Below are positions 11,987 through 26,084 of a DNA stretch of 64,000 nucleotides, in pieces (within the stretch, counting starts at the first letter, position 1; each line of letters opens with the position of its first letter). The notes below the pieces were generated by a model, which saw only the letters and a program-made list of their open reading frames with translations, was not told the DNA's origin and made no database searches. The DNA is from Octopus sinensis (Eukaryota): the NCBI RefSeq assembly GCF_006345805.1, contig NC_043017.1:33666001-33730000 (forward strand), in the 5' to 3' direction. The translations under genes were made by a program, and so were the position numbers.

Positions 11987-12220
11987 GGGCGGCGAGCTGG
12001 CAGAAACGTTAGCACGCCGGGCGAAATGCGTAGCCGTATTTCGTCTGCCGTTACGTTCTGAGTTCAAATTCCGCCGAGGTCGACTTTGCCTTTCATCCTT
12101 TCGGGGTCGATAAATTAAGTGCCTGTTACGCACTGGGGACGATGTAATCGACTTAATCCATTCGTCTGCCCTTGTTCGTCCCCTCTGTGTTTAGCCCCTT
12201 GTGGGTAATAAAGAAATTTA
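11987..12220 (+). mobile_element. SINE family B (tRNA head plus gcctttcatcctttcggggtcgataaat central domain), 10 bp TSD
   Basis: A box gagctggcagaa and B box gagttcaaattcc. TSD tttcgtacaa at 11977-11986 and 12221-12230. Confidence 0.9.
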
Positions 12221-13139
12221 TTTCGTACAATTCCATTGAATGCCTTATGATTCCTTCGTTTACTCAGGTCCCTACTTTGTTAATCTAGAGGGAATATAGA
12301 ATAATTAAATATTTCCGTCACCAACGTTTTGTTCGGATAAAAATATTTTGAGCGACAGAGGAAGTGATTTAACAAAAACAATACCCTAAAAAGATATTTG
12401 CCGAGTGATTCACTTACTATACTCTGCTCTGTCTACTTACAGCAGTAGGCTTCACTTAACTATAGTACTATTTCTCCTATAATCCTTCACTTTGTTTCTG
12501 AGTAAGTAATCTGTAACTTTCGATTAATCATTTGGATTTACCGAAATGACCATATATTGTAAAGATTTCAAAAACTGTAGATCTACAACTGGTATTCTAA
12601 TACAAATGTTAACCTTGGAATGCTTAGAGCCTTCTAAGCGTTTAACAACCGCAATTTCAATTTCCTTTGCTGTAAACTTGCCAAATGTTAGCTGAACAAA
12701 TGTGCATGCAGTTCTCTTTACTAGTTTTTATCCTATATTTCCTCGATCGAATAAAGCATTAGAGAAACAAACAGTATTCGATATTGGTAGATGAAATCTT
12801 GCCAATGACAGGATTAATCCTCGTAAAAGTCATTCCGTATACTCTTGCAGAACACTGAACAGAGGAAATTTGAATAATCGCGCAGCTCAAATATTACATA
12901 CGTATTTTACATATTTATATCACATCATAGACACACTCAGACACACGTTCGTACAAATTCACGCACAAACGCAAAACATATGCAGATATGTATACAAGTA
13001 TAAATGTATAGATGTGTGTGTGCGCGGGAGTGTATGCGCACGCGCGCGCGCGTGTGTGTGTGTGTGTGTGTGTTGTGTGTGCGTGTGTGTGTGCGTGTGT
13101 GTGTGTGTGTATGTATGTATATATTTATATACATAGAGA

Positions 13140-13253
13140 GATAGATAGATAGATAAATAGATAGATAGATAGATAGATAGATACATAGAAATAGATAGAT
13201 AGATAGATAGATAGATAGATTGATAGATAGATGGATAGATAGATGGATGGATG

Positions 13254-13296
<43 letters not shown>

Positions 13297-13327
13297 GGAT
13301 AGACAGACAGACAGACAGACAGATAGG

Positions 13328-13369
<42 letters not shown>

Positions 13370-13370
13370 T
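13140..13370. repeat. (GATA)n/(GACA)n microsatellite
   Basis: Direct tandem repeat. Confidence 0.95.
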
Positions 13371-13751
13371 CACCAAAAACATACGCAAGCAAAGGTGCCC
13401 CGTAGCTTCATACACAAAGTCTGGCTCACCGTTTCCACACTCCTTACCACACACGCCAAAAGGGAACTCATCACTTCGGCGTGCCGTGAGGTTTCGATAG
13501 ATACACATGTGCTATGCTTCTCCTTGTTTCTTCTCTCCTTCTCTATTCGTCCCAGCATTCTATTTCCTGAGCGTAAACCTAATGTTTTTGATTTGTTTCT
13601 CTCTTAACGCGTCTTCGTATTAAAATGTCCGCCCCACACGTATGTGTACGTATGTGTGCAAGCGTGAATCTCTCTTACTCTCTCTCTCTTTCCCCCTCTC
13701 TCTCTATATATAGATATATATTTATACACACACACACACACACACACACAC

Positions 13752-13793
<42 letters not shown>

Positions 13794-14129
13794 CATACGC
13801 ACACAGACTTGTGCTTTTTGTAGCTATAAATTTCTTTGACTTTTGTTCCTAGCAATGTAGATGCGATCTTGCACTATTAGCCACAACTGAATTTTTTCGA
13901 TTTAGTCTTATATTGCGTGTAGCTACCTACATTATATATATGCATACATATAATGCTCGTAGCTTAGTTTTTCTTTGGGGCTGGCCAGATTGGAGCAATC
14001 TCACGATTAATCAGCCGAAATTGCGAGGATGATCCGGTTCTTGACTGAAGATTAAAGGCTTCTAATGACCCGTCCGTGTTTTTTGTATCGTCTATTTGGA
14101 TGTTTTGCGTTCTTGTCCCATTTTGTATT

Positions 14130-14187
<58 letters not shown>

Positions 14188-15798
14188 CGTTTTTGGATTT
14201 GGTTTGCAAGATTCTTTATATGAGTTCGTGTGTTGAAGCATATTCTGTTGTGTCTGGGGAGAGTCATTCTCTTTAAGTGCTTTATTATTTAACACACTCA
14301 CAGGTAAAATTTCCACTTATTTCTTATTTTTATTTTCTAAAATTTTCGTTGCGTCTTGCAACCTTTTCAATAGTCTTGACTCTGTCCGTTTTTTACACCG
14401 CGTTCCCTTTTGTTTGTTTGTGCGCATGTGTGGGTCAGTGTGTGTGTGTGTGTGTGCCTATACATTCATACATGTACGTATGTATGTGTGTGTGCGTTTG
14501 CATGTGTATGTGTGTATATATGTGTGTGTTTGCATATGTATGTATGTATGTGTGTGCATCTGTATGTATTTATTTATTTTTTATTTTTTTATTTCTGTAT
14601 GCAAGCATTTAGATATGTAAATAAACAGATCAACATACAGACGGATAGGTGCATAGGTTACAAGAACAGACACATAGGGAGACACGGATCCACACACATG
14701 AAGATGCACATCCATACATACAAACGTGGTACATAGTTACATAACACACTCACACACAGATATACACACACAAGGAGACAGAGGTACATACATATACAGA
14801 CACATGCTCACACACACATACATAGAAAATACACAAACACGGACAGACAAGCACATAAATATGCCGGATACGTACATTTTTATTGTATACCACTCCTAGG
14901 CCATCGTCTCTATGCTGGTTTATTTTAATTCTTTCCTAAGGATATCTAGGATATAGACGCCTACAACTTAGCTCCCCATTGCGACATCATGTAGCTTATC
15001 TCCCTTCTTGTTCACACAATAGGAGTTTTCATGAAAATGTAATGACTTCTGTGTGTTCATAATTATATATGTATCATTTGACTAAAACTCTTCAAGGCGG
15101 TGCTCCAGCATGGCTGCAGTCTAATGACTGAAACAAGTAAAAAATAAAAGATACAGTTAATATATGAGTTACACAATGAAATTAGGACAAGTCTATAGAT
15201 GTTCTTATATCTTGGATTCCGTGTTTTTTATTACATGAAGGATTGAAAATGAAAATAATGTGAAGGCAGAAAAATAAATCATTCAGGGACCGGGATGCTT
15301 TAGTTTTTAAAACCCAATACGTGTGGTGAGCGCGAAATTTAAGAAGTAAGCGAAACACTCATTTCTACGTCGGCAATGAAAGTAAGAGAAACTGTTGATG
15401 GCTTGAGGTGGGAGAGCAGTATTTTTCATAATGTATTTAAAGCAAATAGCAGAGTCACATTCCTAATAACTCCGGATATTCCTCACTGGAATTAGTCTAC
15501 AATATTGCTGTCGGTCAGTGGTTTGGCTATAAACCAGAATAAGGAAAAGATGGTGACTAAAGAAGTAATCTTGAGACAGATATATTCTTTTTATATCTGG
15601 CTCACAGCCAAACCTATAGCCAGTAGAATGTGTGTCAGTTGGCCTATACTACTGACAAAACATTCCAGATATCAGCGACCTGCTTATGACTATCTCCACT
15701 ATATCAACTTCATACTATCTTCACTATATCAAATGTTCTTCACGGAATTTTTCTCACCCAATGGAGTCATGATCATTTTAACAACTTGAAAAATGAAA

Positions 15799-15877
<79 letters not shown>

Positions 15878-15966
15878 ATACATACGTATATATATATACA
15901 CATATATATATATATATATGTATATATATTATATATATAATATATATATAAATACGTATATATATA

Positions 15967-16064
<98 letters not shown>

Positions 16065-16335
16065 CTATGAAAATAATAAGGGTAGAAAATTTGGAAAAAC
16101 ATTCATACCGGTGGCTAGCATGCGTAATAAAATCAATAGACACAACATATATTTATTAACGACCTCACTGATGAAGTACAGATGACAAAGAAAGGAGAGG
16201 GTAAGCATTTTTATTTCTCTTTCCATTTCAGAATTACAACTATTAGTGGTTTGGAGATTGGCTGCTCTTTCTAGTGAGTCGGATGTTCTATTATGGCCAT
16301 CCCTTATATGTTTGAATATATATATATATATATAT

Positions 16336-17137
16336 CAGTGGCGTGCAGTCGAGAAATACTAATCATACACTGCATGTCTTGATTTTTATATAACTCCACA
16401 AACAATTAAAGAACGTAAACGTAATGTATTTATTTATTACATTGGAAAGTTGTCCAAATCACTGAAAACTTAGGAAAAATATTTACTTTGTCTCAAATGA
16501 AACCCGCCCAGATCATCACTTCTGTGTGTTTCCACTTTGCTTCCACTGGGCGTGCTGAAAGGAAAACGCATATGAAATATTTTGTGTCCCCACTTCCAAT
16601 CTTTCAATAACTATCGTTTCAAGGCATTCTTTTTTTATCTCGATAAAATAACTTTCTATCAGTCCTACTTTCTTACGAATACTTTGTAATTGATGTCGCT
16701 AAATAAGTTTGAATTTTTGAGCCGCAAAAATTGTGGCCAAACCATATCACCAATCCCATAATTCTTAATTAGTCAACTTAGATGTTGGTGTGACTTTGGA
16801 ATATCTATTCCCCTGTCGCAAGTTTTGAGATTATTATCATCATCCATCTTCTTCTCTATTAAACAAAAATTTCTGAAATCAGAAATATAATATGGCTAAT
16901 TAATCTTTCGTTGATTTACTAAAATTATCTTTCCGTTTTGTTGAATCATAATCTCTGTATTTTTCTACGTATTTCTCCCGAAAACAAATTCTGGTAAAAG
17001 TAAAAAATTAAGAAATAGGGGGAAGGATTGAAATTTTCGCCAATTGTTTTCTCAGAATCCGATCCTCCATAGCTAAAAAAGTGGGTCTCCGTAAAAATGT
17101 TTTAAGGAGGGCGGGGTTTGGTTACGTCTCCGCCATG
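16336..17137. mobile_element. Possible degraded DNA transposon remnant between (TA)n tracts
   Basis: Starts cagtggcgtgc and ends ctccgccatg, a loose CAGTGGCG-type terminal inverted repeat. No transposase motif was recognised. Confidence 0.25.
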
Positions 17138-18074
17138 TGCACCTATTATATATATATATATATATATATATACATAGTATTATAAAATTGATAACAATAT
17201 CTGAAAAAAATCTTACCTCTTAAATATAATAATTTTTAGCTGTTATATATAATAATTCTTTAGTTATTATAAGATAATATTAATTCCTATAGAAAGATAT
17301 ATTATATTAAATATATAAATAGGTAATTGATTATTACGACGTAAAACAAAAAAAAGGTTCTACTAAGTGTTACCGATATTTATTAATTCTAGCTTTTATG
17401 CTTTAGTTATCTTTTAATCATAACGTAGAATTCTTGTCTGCAGTTTTTTTTCTTTAGACATCCAGTGACGTCATCAATTTTAGTAGATAAACACACTCGT
17501 TTTGTACGTTAGGTTTTTCATGTAGAGTTCAAAGTGTCAAAAAATATGGAACTAGTATGGTATTTTATATTTCATTTTTATAAACTATGTTAGTAATTCA
17601 ATGACGTCGCTCTTGGTTGCATGAATGAAGGTTAAATTTGGTTTGGCGTCTCTTTTTGTTAGTGTATTTAACAGCTAAAAACTTTTTCAGATGTTCAGTT
17701 AGAATTTCTCCAATATGGATTACATTATTAAAGTTGTGTTGACATAAATTTTCGTACATATTATTAATTCTAATAATATATATTTTAAGTGTCTGTGTGT
17801 GTGTGAGAGAGAGAGAGAGGGAGCGAAAGAAAGAAAGAGCGAATATATATATATATATGTTCCAAGGGTGAAACGTATAAAAGAATTTTTAAAATGTGTT
17901 AAGGCAATTGAAACAGTTATTGGATTTTAATGTGTGATCGAAAATAAAGATATGATTTTCTTCGTACATAGTTATTGAGTGTTATATATATATATATATA
18001 ATGTATATAATATACGAATGTTTTATATATATATATAGTAATATAATATAGAACACTATTTATATATATATATA

Positions 18075-18605
18075 TTTATATACATATAACGAACCCACAC
18101 TCATTTATATATATATATATATGTAGATACATAACTATTTATATATATAGATATGTGATAATCATAGATCATTTATATATATATAATGGTAAATACATAT
18201 ACGAACCCACACTATTTATATATATATATATATGTATATACTATACGTCATTTATATGCATATATATATATAGGAATTTATATATGTATTACTATATATA
18301 TACATTAGAATATTTATATTAAAATATATATATCTACATATTCGAACCCACACTCATTTATATATATATATCTGTGTATACTATACGAACCCACATCATT
18401 TATATATAAATATATATATACAGATATACGTATTATATATATATATATATATAGGCAATGCGAAACCCACACTCATTTATATATAAATATATATATCACA
18501 TATAGAACCCACATTGATTTATATATATATATATATATCATGTATATATTAAAATATATATATTACCTATACGAACCCACACTCATTTATAATAATATAT
18601 ATATC

Positions 18606-18636
<31 letters not shown>

Positions 18637-18660
18637 ACATATACGAACCCCACCTTTATA
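18075..18660. repeat. Minisatellite with ACGAACCCACACTCATTT core separated by variable (TA)n
   Basis: The core or a close variant occurs about 8 times at irregular spacing. Confidence 0.85.
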
Positions 18661-18695
18661 TATATATATATATATATATATGTATAATTTTAGAA

Positions 18696-19169
18696 TAGGA
18701 TAAAATCTTCATAAGAATTTATCAAGTAGTTAGCGTAAAAAAAAACAATTTTTTTTCACTTAAATATATTTATTTATATTATATAGAGAGCATTATTACA
18801 CATAAATGCCACAGGCTAGGAGGGACTCTTAAAGTCAAAACTACTAAAATAAATAAACACATTGTACCGAAATCAACTCTCGAAGCAAGTAATTTAAAAA
18901 CGGAATTCAGCTGCATATCACACTGTAATTTCGTAATCAGTGCAGTTTTATGCAATTTTCACACCTCAGTACAAAGATTAATCCAAATATATAATGAATG
19001 AACAAAAACAACATACCAGGCGAACAACTATCTTATCCAATGCAGCATATAGAAATGTTTAACCCTTATACATCTATGTAAATGGCGGGCTTTTTCGAAT
19101 TGCATTTCGTTAACAACGTGATTATTCGGGATAAAAATTCAGTATTGAATATACTCCGGTTAAATTTAC
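18696..19169 (-). mobile_element. Family H repeat, second copy; collapsed HHR-like motif at 18911-18945
   Basis: Colinear with 6046-6514. Confidence 0.75.
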
Positions 19170-19287
19170 TGTTTTGCTCACAGAAGTTGCTCAACTAACA
19201 CTACCATACTGTGTAGTCGACAAAATGGAAAACAAAGAATGCGCGAGTGCGAAATTAAAAATATAAAATGGTGACAAGTTACCCATC

Positions 19288-19500
19288 GCTGGCAGAAGCG
19301 TTAGCACGCCGGGCGAAATGCCTAGCCGTATTTTATCTGCTGTTACGTTCTGAGTTCAAATTCCGCCGAGGCCAACTTTGCCTTTCATCCTTTCGGGGTC
19401 GATAAATTAAGTACCAGCTACGCACTGGAGTCGATGTAATCGACTTAATCCCTTTGTTTGTCCCCTCTATGTTTAACCCCTTGTGCGCAATAAAAAAACT
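19288..19500 (+). mobile_element. SINE family B, slightly 5'-truncated
   Basis: B box and central domain match 11987-12220. Confidence 0.9.
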
Positions 19501-21049
19501 AATAACGTAGACGGTTGATTATATCTCCAGTAACAATATTTTTACCAATAATTCGATGAAATTTAGAATATCTATGATTTAGACATTAAAGTATATTATA
19601 ACATTGTGTCGGCTCATGAGAAAACCGGATTGAAAAAATTATAAAGGTTTATTTCTAAATGGCCAATACGATCTGTATGCCCTATATTTACATACACATA
19701 GTACCATTTTCCAACACGATCGTACACTGAAGTCACAAAAGTAGTAAAAATAATCGCCTTGTTACTAATGTGCAATTGTACAGCACCAAAGACTGTCTTG
19801 ATCTCCAATGAGAGACAGGCTGCCGTCAGTAAATTTTCCTCGGCACATGGATTCCTGTAAATGACCATTTTACGCATAATGTTACGTATAACCTATTTCA
19901 AATCATTTGTAAAGTTTGCCATACTTCGTACAGAAAGTATAAGTATAACATAACATGTCTCAAACACTGACGTGCACACAGTTACACACTGGTACACTGT
20001 ACTTTATAAAATATTCTTCTAAAATATAGCAAGAATTGAGATATGTATTCGAGTAATGGGCCACAGAAGCTATAAAACTCACCACACATTAACAAATTCT
20101 TTTGTAGTTTCTAAAATCAACACGCGATTTTGAATAATAAGTTGTTGATCAGACTCCGAGAACTATAAGCTGAGTAGCAATAATGTAACAAAGTTGTTCG
20201 AAATACGCCTGAAAAACCCAATTTCAACAGCGTCGATAAATATTTTCGCGTTGTTCGTGTAATTCTCTATAATTATAGAGTATAATCATGTATTGTTTAG
20301 CAAACCCAGACAACAATATCACATAATAGTTCTCATATTTTCATAATTCAAACAACAGCAATGTACTAATTACCAACATAAAATACCAAATGACTATAAT
20401 AGTGTGCGGTAGCGTGCTGAGGTTTAAATAATTATGACACTTGCTTAGATGTTGCATTAAGCACAATAAGGCAGTTAAGGAATGTATCCAACTATCTCAC
20501 TAGCAGTTTATGAAAGGGAAATGAGACAAAACCACATCTGTACATAAAATGACTGATTAGCTAAAAGTACAGCCATTGGCTCGTTTCTAAACTAACAATA
20601 TTATCTGTAAATTTTCTTCTGAGTTTTTTTTTTTTACTCATTGTTTTTTGATACTGAACATTTTTATGCATATCGCACCTAATTATTTTTGAAGAAACGA
20701 AATTAATAATATGTTTCTGAAACCGATCCATGAATAATAAATATATAAATGAAAATGATTTATTACAAGGTCATGCTTCTTCAAGTTGGTATCGGCATCA
20801 GACAGATGAATATTTTCCTAAATTCAGTGAATATAAGTAGAATTCAATACTGAGAGACATTTTCCTTGGCGCGCGCACACGCACGCACACACACATACAG
20901 GTATATGCATATGCTTATATGTATGTACGTGTATATATATATACATATATCGATGCATATATATATATATATATAATATATATATATATATTATATATAT
21001 ATATTATATATATATATTATATATATATATATATACATATATATACCTT

Positions 21050-21255
21050 TCAAAATGAGATCTCGTGTGTACCGTTGGCGATTTTTTTTCCTCTGTCTTC
21101 CCTTCTCTGGATCTTTCCTTCTCCTATGTTTCCGACGAAGAGCTCCACTCGAAACGTTAAACCCTCCTTCTTTCCTTCTTTCCTGAGCGTCCAATAATAC
21201 TATATTTGTTCCACGTCCTCGCGTTGTAGTGTTTTTTGTGCTTTCTTGTTTGGAT
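21050..21255 (+). mobile_element. Short HHR-bearing repeat in (TA)n, probably a solo PLE pseudo-LTR
   Basis: Contains the HHR at 21128-21162 and a ttcctgagcg motif shared with the 28071 copy and the ~13560 region. Flanked by a ~27 bp direct repeat (..tacatatatcgatgcatata..). Confidence 0.55.
21128..21162 (+). ncRNA. Minimal type I hammerhead motif (U4C)
   Basis: GTTT-CCGACGA-A-GAG-ctcca-CTC-GAAAC-GTT-AAAC. Stem I is 4 bp, stem III is palindromic AACGTT, and the triplet is GUU. Confidence 0.6.
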
Positions 21256-22794
21256 ATATATACATATATCGATGCATATATCCATAAATATATACACACA
21301 CATATATACATATATTTGTGGGGGGATGTTTGTGCGGCATTGCTGTATTAAGCTATATATGTTTGTATGTGACCTGTGTCAGATCACCTGTAAAATTTGA
21401 CCTATATTGTGGAAAAACATAACCCAACACCAACACTGTTCCTCATACAATTAACCTCACCTACACTCTCATTCTAAAAGATCCCGAAGCAAGCAAAGCC
21501 GTTCACACTTGAATCACACGTATTATTACCTGCAATATGTATCCCTGATCAGAACTGCATTGCAGTTAACCAATAAAACAAAAGAAAATGCTGCTTCAAC
21601 TTCATCATCGTTACTTTTATTTCTATTCCTATTATAAACCGCATGTTTTAACCTGTGCTACTTTGTTCACTTTCTATACACCATATATATCCACAATTCA
21701 ATTCTTTATTAGTAGTTTCGTCTTTTTCTTCGTACTTCTTCCTCTTTCTTCCTCTCTCATTCATTCTTCGCTTACATAAAAGGCTTAGTAATTTGATGCT
21801 CAGACACTTTATATAAATAACACTGACTTATATATTTGTATCACAACTTCTACACTGTATATCCTCTACTTTACGTTCATATTCATTTCTCGCTGGTTTC
21901 CTGTCTTCACTGCTGCTCATCTCTCTTTACTGTCGTAAATCTCCGACTACAAGATAGAAGCCATTCCGTCTTCACTGTTCCATAGCATTAAGACTTGAAA
22001 GATATCGATATAAATAAATTTATGAGACAATAAGGTTTTAGTTATTATTTTGTTTTATTATATATACTCACAAGAACAATAAAGTGTCTTTTGCGGTAGA
22101 TTTTGCAAACTTAGAACGAATAAATTCCCCAAAGTAATTAGAAAGGAAAAAAAATAATCAGAAGCTATTAATGTCTTTTAAGAGAATGAAGAACTGAAGC
22201 ATTACAAGATAAATGTTCATATCTGTCAAAAGACTTTGAAGGGAAATATTATAAACTTTTTTCCATTCTTTTGCATTGTTATCAAATCATTTGATTTGCA
22301 CAGTTGGACAGTAATCAAAAATGTTTCCAACGATTCGTTTCTTTTTACTTTTCTCATTTCTATTTTCTGGTTTTCTTCTCCGCTATATATTGGGCTTTAT
22401 TTCATATTTCTGTTGCGTTCGCTATCTCTTCTTTGATTCTACGATAAGCTATTTTGTTAATCAACTGCAAGGTTTGTGACATTCCCACTTGCACCTCAAG
22501 TTTCTTAAAGCAAATCACTCTTTGAAAAGTTTCGAGTTACGATTTTCACAGATAATCTCCTTTCACACAAAAGAAACTGTACTCGGCACACGAAGTGATG
22601 TCTATATTCGTATTATCTCTGCCGCAAAAACTATAAAAGGAAATGCTTCTAAGTGAAGTCCCTATGTAAGGCGCTAACGTAAATTCTAGGCGGAATATTT
22701 TCATGTTCAATACTGTTCAACTGAGCATTAGTAATATATTTATTTACGATGCTGGTATTTCCATTTTTGTTATATGTTCTTTTAAGAAAGCTAT

Positions 22795-22796
<2 letters not shown>

Positions 22797-22857
<61 letters not shown>
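22797..22857. repeat. (TG)n microsatellite
   Basis: Direct tandem repeat. Confidence 0.95.
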
Positions 22858-22858
<1 letters not shown>

Positions 22859-24059
22859 GATACGGCAGGTGATTGTTTCTGTTGTGACATGGGCTTTGCG
22901 GGTTCGAGTTTACTACAGTTACAAAAGATGCCTGTTGCATGTTAAGCTTCACTTCATATATAGCGAGTTGTTTCTGTCCACCAGTGTAAACGGGATAATT
23001 ATAGGCAATGGTTGACTTTGTAGTGCTAGCCTGCTCTGAATCAGATATTTCTGTTAGATATATCAATTTACATCTAAAACCATGCTTTGCTTATTCATTT
23101 AAATAGTTTAGCCTTTGATAAACTCTAACTTTTGGGGGTCAGATTGTATATATGAATCATATAAATCTGTAAGATTGTAGGTCTATTGTGTACAGTGATT
23201 GTAGTCCCAATTTTGTCGAAAGAGACTTATTTTTATTCATAATGACTTTCTCAATTCACTGATATTTGTATTTGTTTTTTAAATATATAACGATCTTTAA
23301 AAGTTTCGACAAAATCTTATTAGAATTAAATTCAAGGTTGTGCACACCTTGGGTAATATTTCTTTTGCGTTGTTTGTATTTCTGAAACCGTATTTAAGCG
23401 CCCAAGTTGAGCGATGTTTGATTTGTCTGTCTTCTCTTTTTTCGTGAATTATTTTCAAACGTTATTTGGTTTATTTCTTTTATGCGTGTAACGTTACAGC
23501 GTGGCGTTCATATCCATGTGTTAAGATGCATGTAACATTTATATGGATATGCTGCAATATAAGCAATATTTGAACTACTTATGTAGAAATATTCATAAGT
23601 AATCCCATCTCACTCTGTAGCTCAACTTTTCCAATATTTGGAATGATGCCTTCATATGAGCAGTAATTATCCACGTCCGGGTATCGGATCGACCACAACG
23701 GCCGCCACTATGTATGTATGTATGTATGTATGTATGTATGTATGGATGGATGGATGGATGGATGGATGGATGGATAGATGTATGTATGTATGAATATATA
23801 TATATATATATATATATGAGTGTGTGTATGTATGGATGGATGGATACATGCATGCATGTATGTATGTTATTCAGTTTTATTTCAAAATTCCTTGCCAATA
23901 GAGAAAGAGCCGGTTTCTATCCCAGATCCAATGCTCCTTCATTGGAATTTCCACAACATCAACAGGGTATTTTGTATGTATGTATATGTGCAGATTTGTA
24001 TGTTTTTTATGTATGTATTCTTGCGCATATGGTATGTCTAAATATGCTCTCATATACTT

Positions 24060-24285
24060 AAAGGATAAACTTTTGGAAAGCTTTAGGGGTTTTTACAGTT
24101 CCAGCGATGGCTTGTATCTGTAGTCTTCGAATCAACTTTCTACTTTCTGGTTTTGAGAAGACTAATCCCTCAAGATTGGCATTTAGGTAGTATCCCAATA
24201 ATTACAGGCATAAATCTGAAATTGTAATTTGGATGGAGTATCTATAAATACCTCCATAGTTTAGCGTAGGTATTTTCTTTAGATT
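24060..24285 (-). mobile_element. 3' end of a restriction-like-endonuclease (RLE) non-LTR retrotransposon, degraded
   Basis: Minus-strand frames read KENTYAKLWRYL*ILHPNYNFRFMPVIIG / NLEGLVFSKPESRKLIRRLQIQAIAGTVKTPKAFQKFIL*, an RLE C-terminal pattern (K..Y..L ... P.IIG). Confidence 0.5.
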
Positions 24286-25540
24286 TTATGCAAAGACTAA
24301 AAGATGTATGTATGTATGTATGCATGCATGCATGCATATATCTATGTATGTACGTGTAAGATATATTATAAAAATATATATTTCTTTCGTATCACACTGC
24401 AGGAGCGGTTGGATGTGACACTTGTAGTTGCAGAGATTTTGGCATCATCTTAAATTAAATATAATATTGGTTCAATATTTATAAAGATCTTGACTTTGTC
24501 TTTTTCTCATATTGTATTTTCCAGATGCTATATTTGTTCAAATTTGAAAGCATTAACGTGTAATTAACCGTATTAATAGCACCTTATCTCTCTTGTGTAT
24601 ATTCCTCAAGGTCTTTATTATTATAATTTACCTTATGGGACTCTTTTACACAAGAAAAGACAGTTTTGTTTCCTTCTACAAGTTAATTAAGCATATTAAA
24701 TGTTTCCTGCATCAATGAACAAACCAATGTCACAACAAAAACAATATAATAGTAACAAAAATCTATGTAAATAAGCGTTTCCTTCAAGTGCACAAGATAA
24801 TATGGGGAAGAAAATTTTAGTCTATAGGGAAATTTCTACTTTGTTAATAACTTGTGAAAATTAATCACAGCTTGTATTTGAAAAACACTAGAAGTGAAAA
24901 AAGTAAATATATTTCTATGAACAATATTCATGATTAGAGAAAGACAAACGGTAGCTTCCTTTCTTAATAAATACATTTATTTCTTAATTTCAAGTATAAA
25001 ATCATTTATTCCATTTGATCAGGGAATTATTGTTCGACTGATAATGAAGTGACAAATACAAGAGTATATAATAGTAATTTTTTAAACGTTCTTCTGTTTA
25101 ATGTGGTTTCAGGAATCGTTTTAAGCCACAATACTTCGCAACCGTCTGTAGTTTGTATCAGAAAACAAAGCATTACTAGAACATACAAGTCACGAATGGA
25201 GATGAAAGCAGCTTGGGAATGACTTAAGACATTTCTCACAACGATAATAATAATCATTGTTATTTTTAACTTTGAAAACAGTCTACAGAAGCAAGAAGCA
25301 ATTGACTGCAGATCCACTAGAAAAGTAAAAGTATATCATTGTGGTAGTTGCTATTTGAAACTAGCAAAGTACGAGGTAGTAAGTTCCTTATGTTCTTCAG
25401 CTACTCTACATCATAGTGATAGTAATAATAATGGTTTCAAATTTTGCTACAAGGGCAGCAAGTTGGGAGGAGGGGATGAATCGACGACATCGACCTCAAT
25501 GGTACTTATTTTATCGTCCCCAAAAGGGGTTTATAAGGAC

Positions 25541-25625
<85 letters not shown>

Positions 25626-25647
25626 TGATGATGATGATAATAATAAT

Positions 25648-25761
25648 CCCAATCGATATAAACGTATCTGTCAAGACTTACCAAGAACTGAGTAAATATA
25701 AAGATCTTGAAATAGAAGTAGCAAAATGTGGAGCCTGAAGACTAAAACAACAACAGCAATG

Positions 25762-25830
<69 letters not shown>

Positions 25831-26040
25831 TGTAATCTCAAGTTTGAAAGCAAACATAATTTTCGTATGTTTTTTAGGCATTCACTAGTACAACACTAAG
25901 TACAAAACCAAATATATGGCACCCTAGGCATAACACCAACATGAACATCCAACTTGTTGTCTCTTGAGGTCTTTGGGTGAGACTTGGAGTCAGCTTGTGC
26001 AAATGTAAAGCAAAAGTCAAACATAGAATCATAATAATAA
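25648..26040 (+). mobile_element. R4/Dong-like 3' fragment split by a (TAA)n tract
   Basis: IDINVSVKTYQELSKYKDLEIEVAK and a 3' UTR (25833-26040) near-identical to 44068-44262. Confidence 0.8.
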
Positions 26041-26084
26041 TAATAATAATGCCATATATTTTCCCACGGATAAATCTAATACTG

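Noticed and set aside
14057-14095. CTGAAGA in a short repeat-like segment
   Set aside because: No GAAA or stem III downstream.
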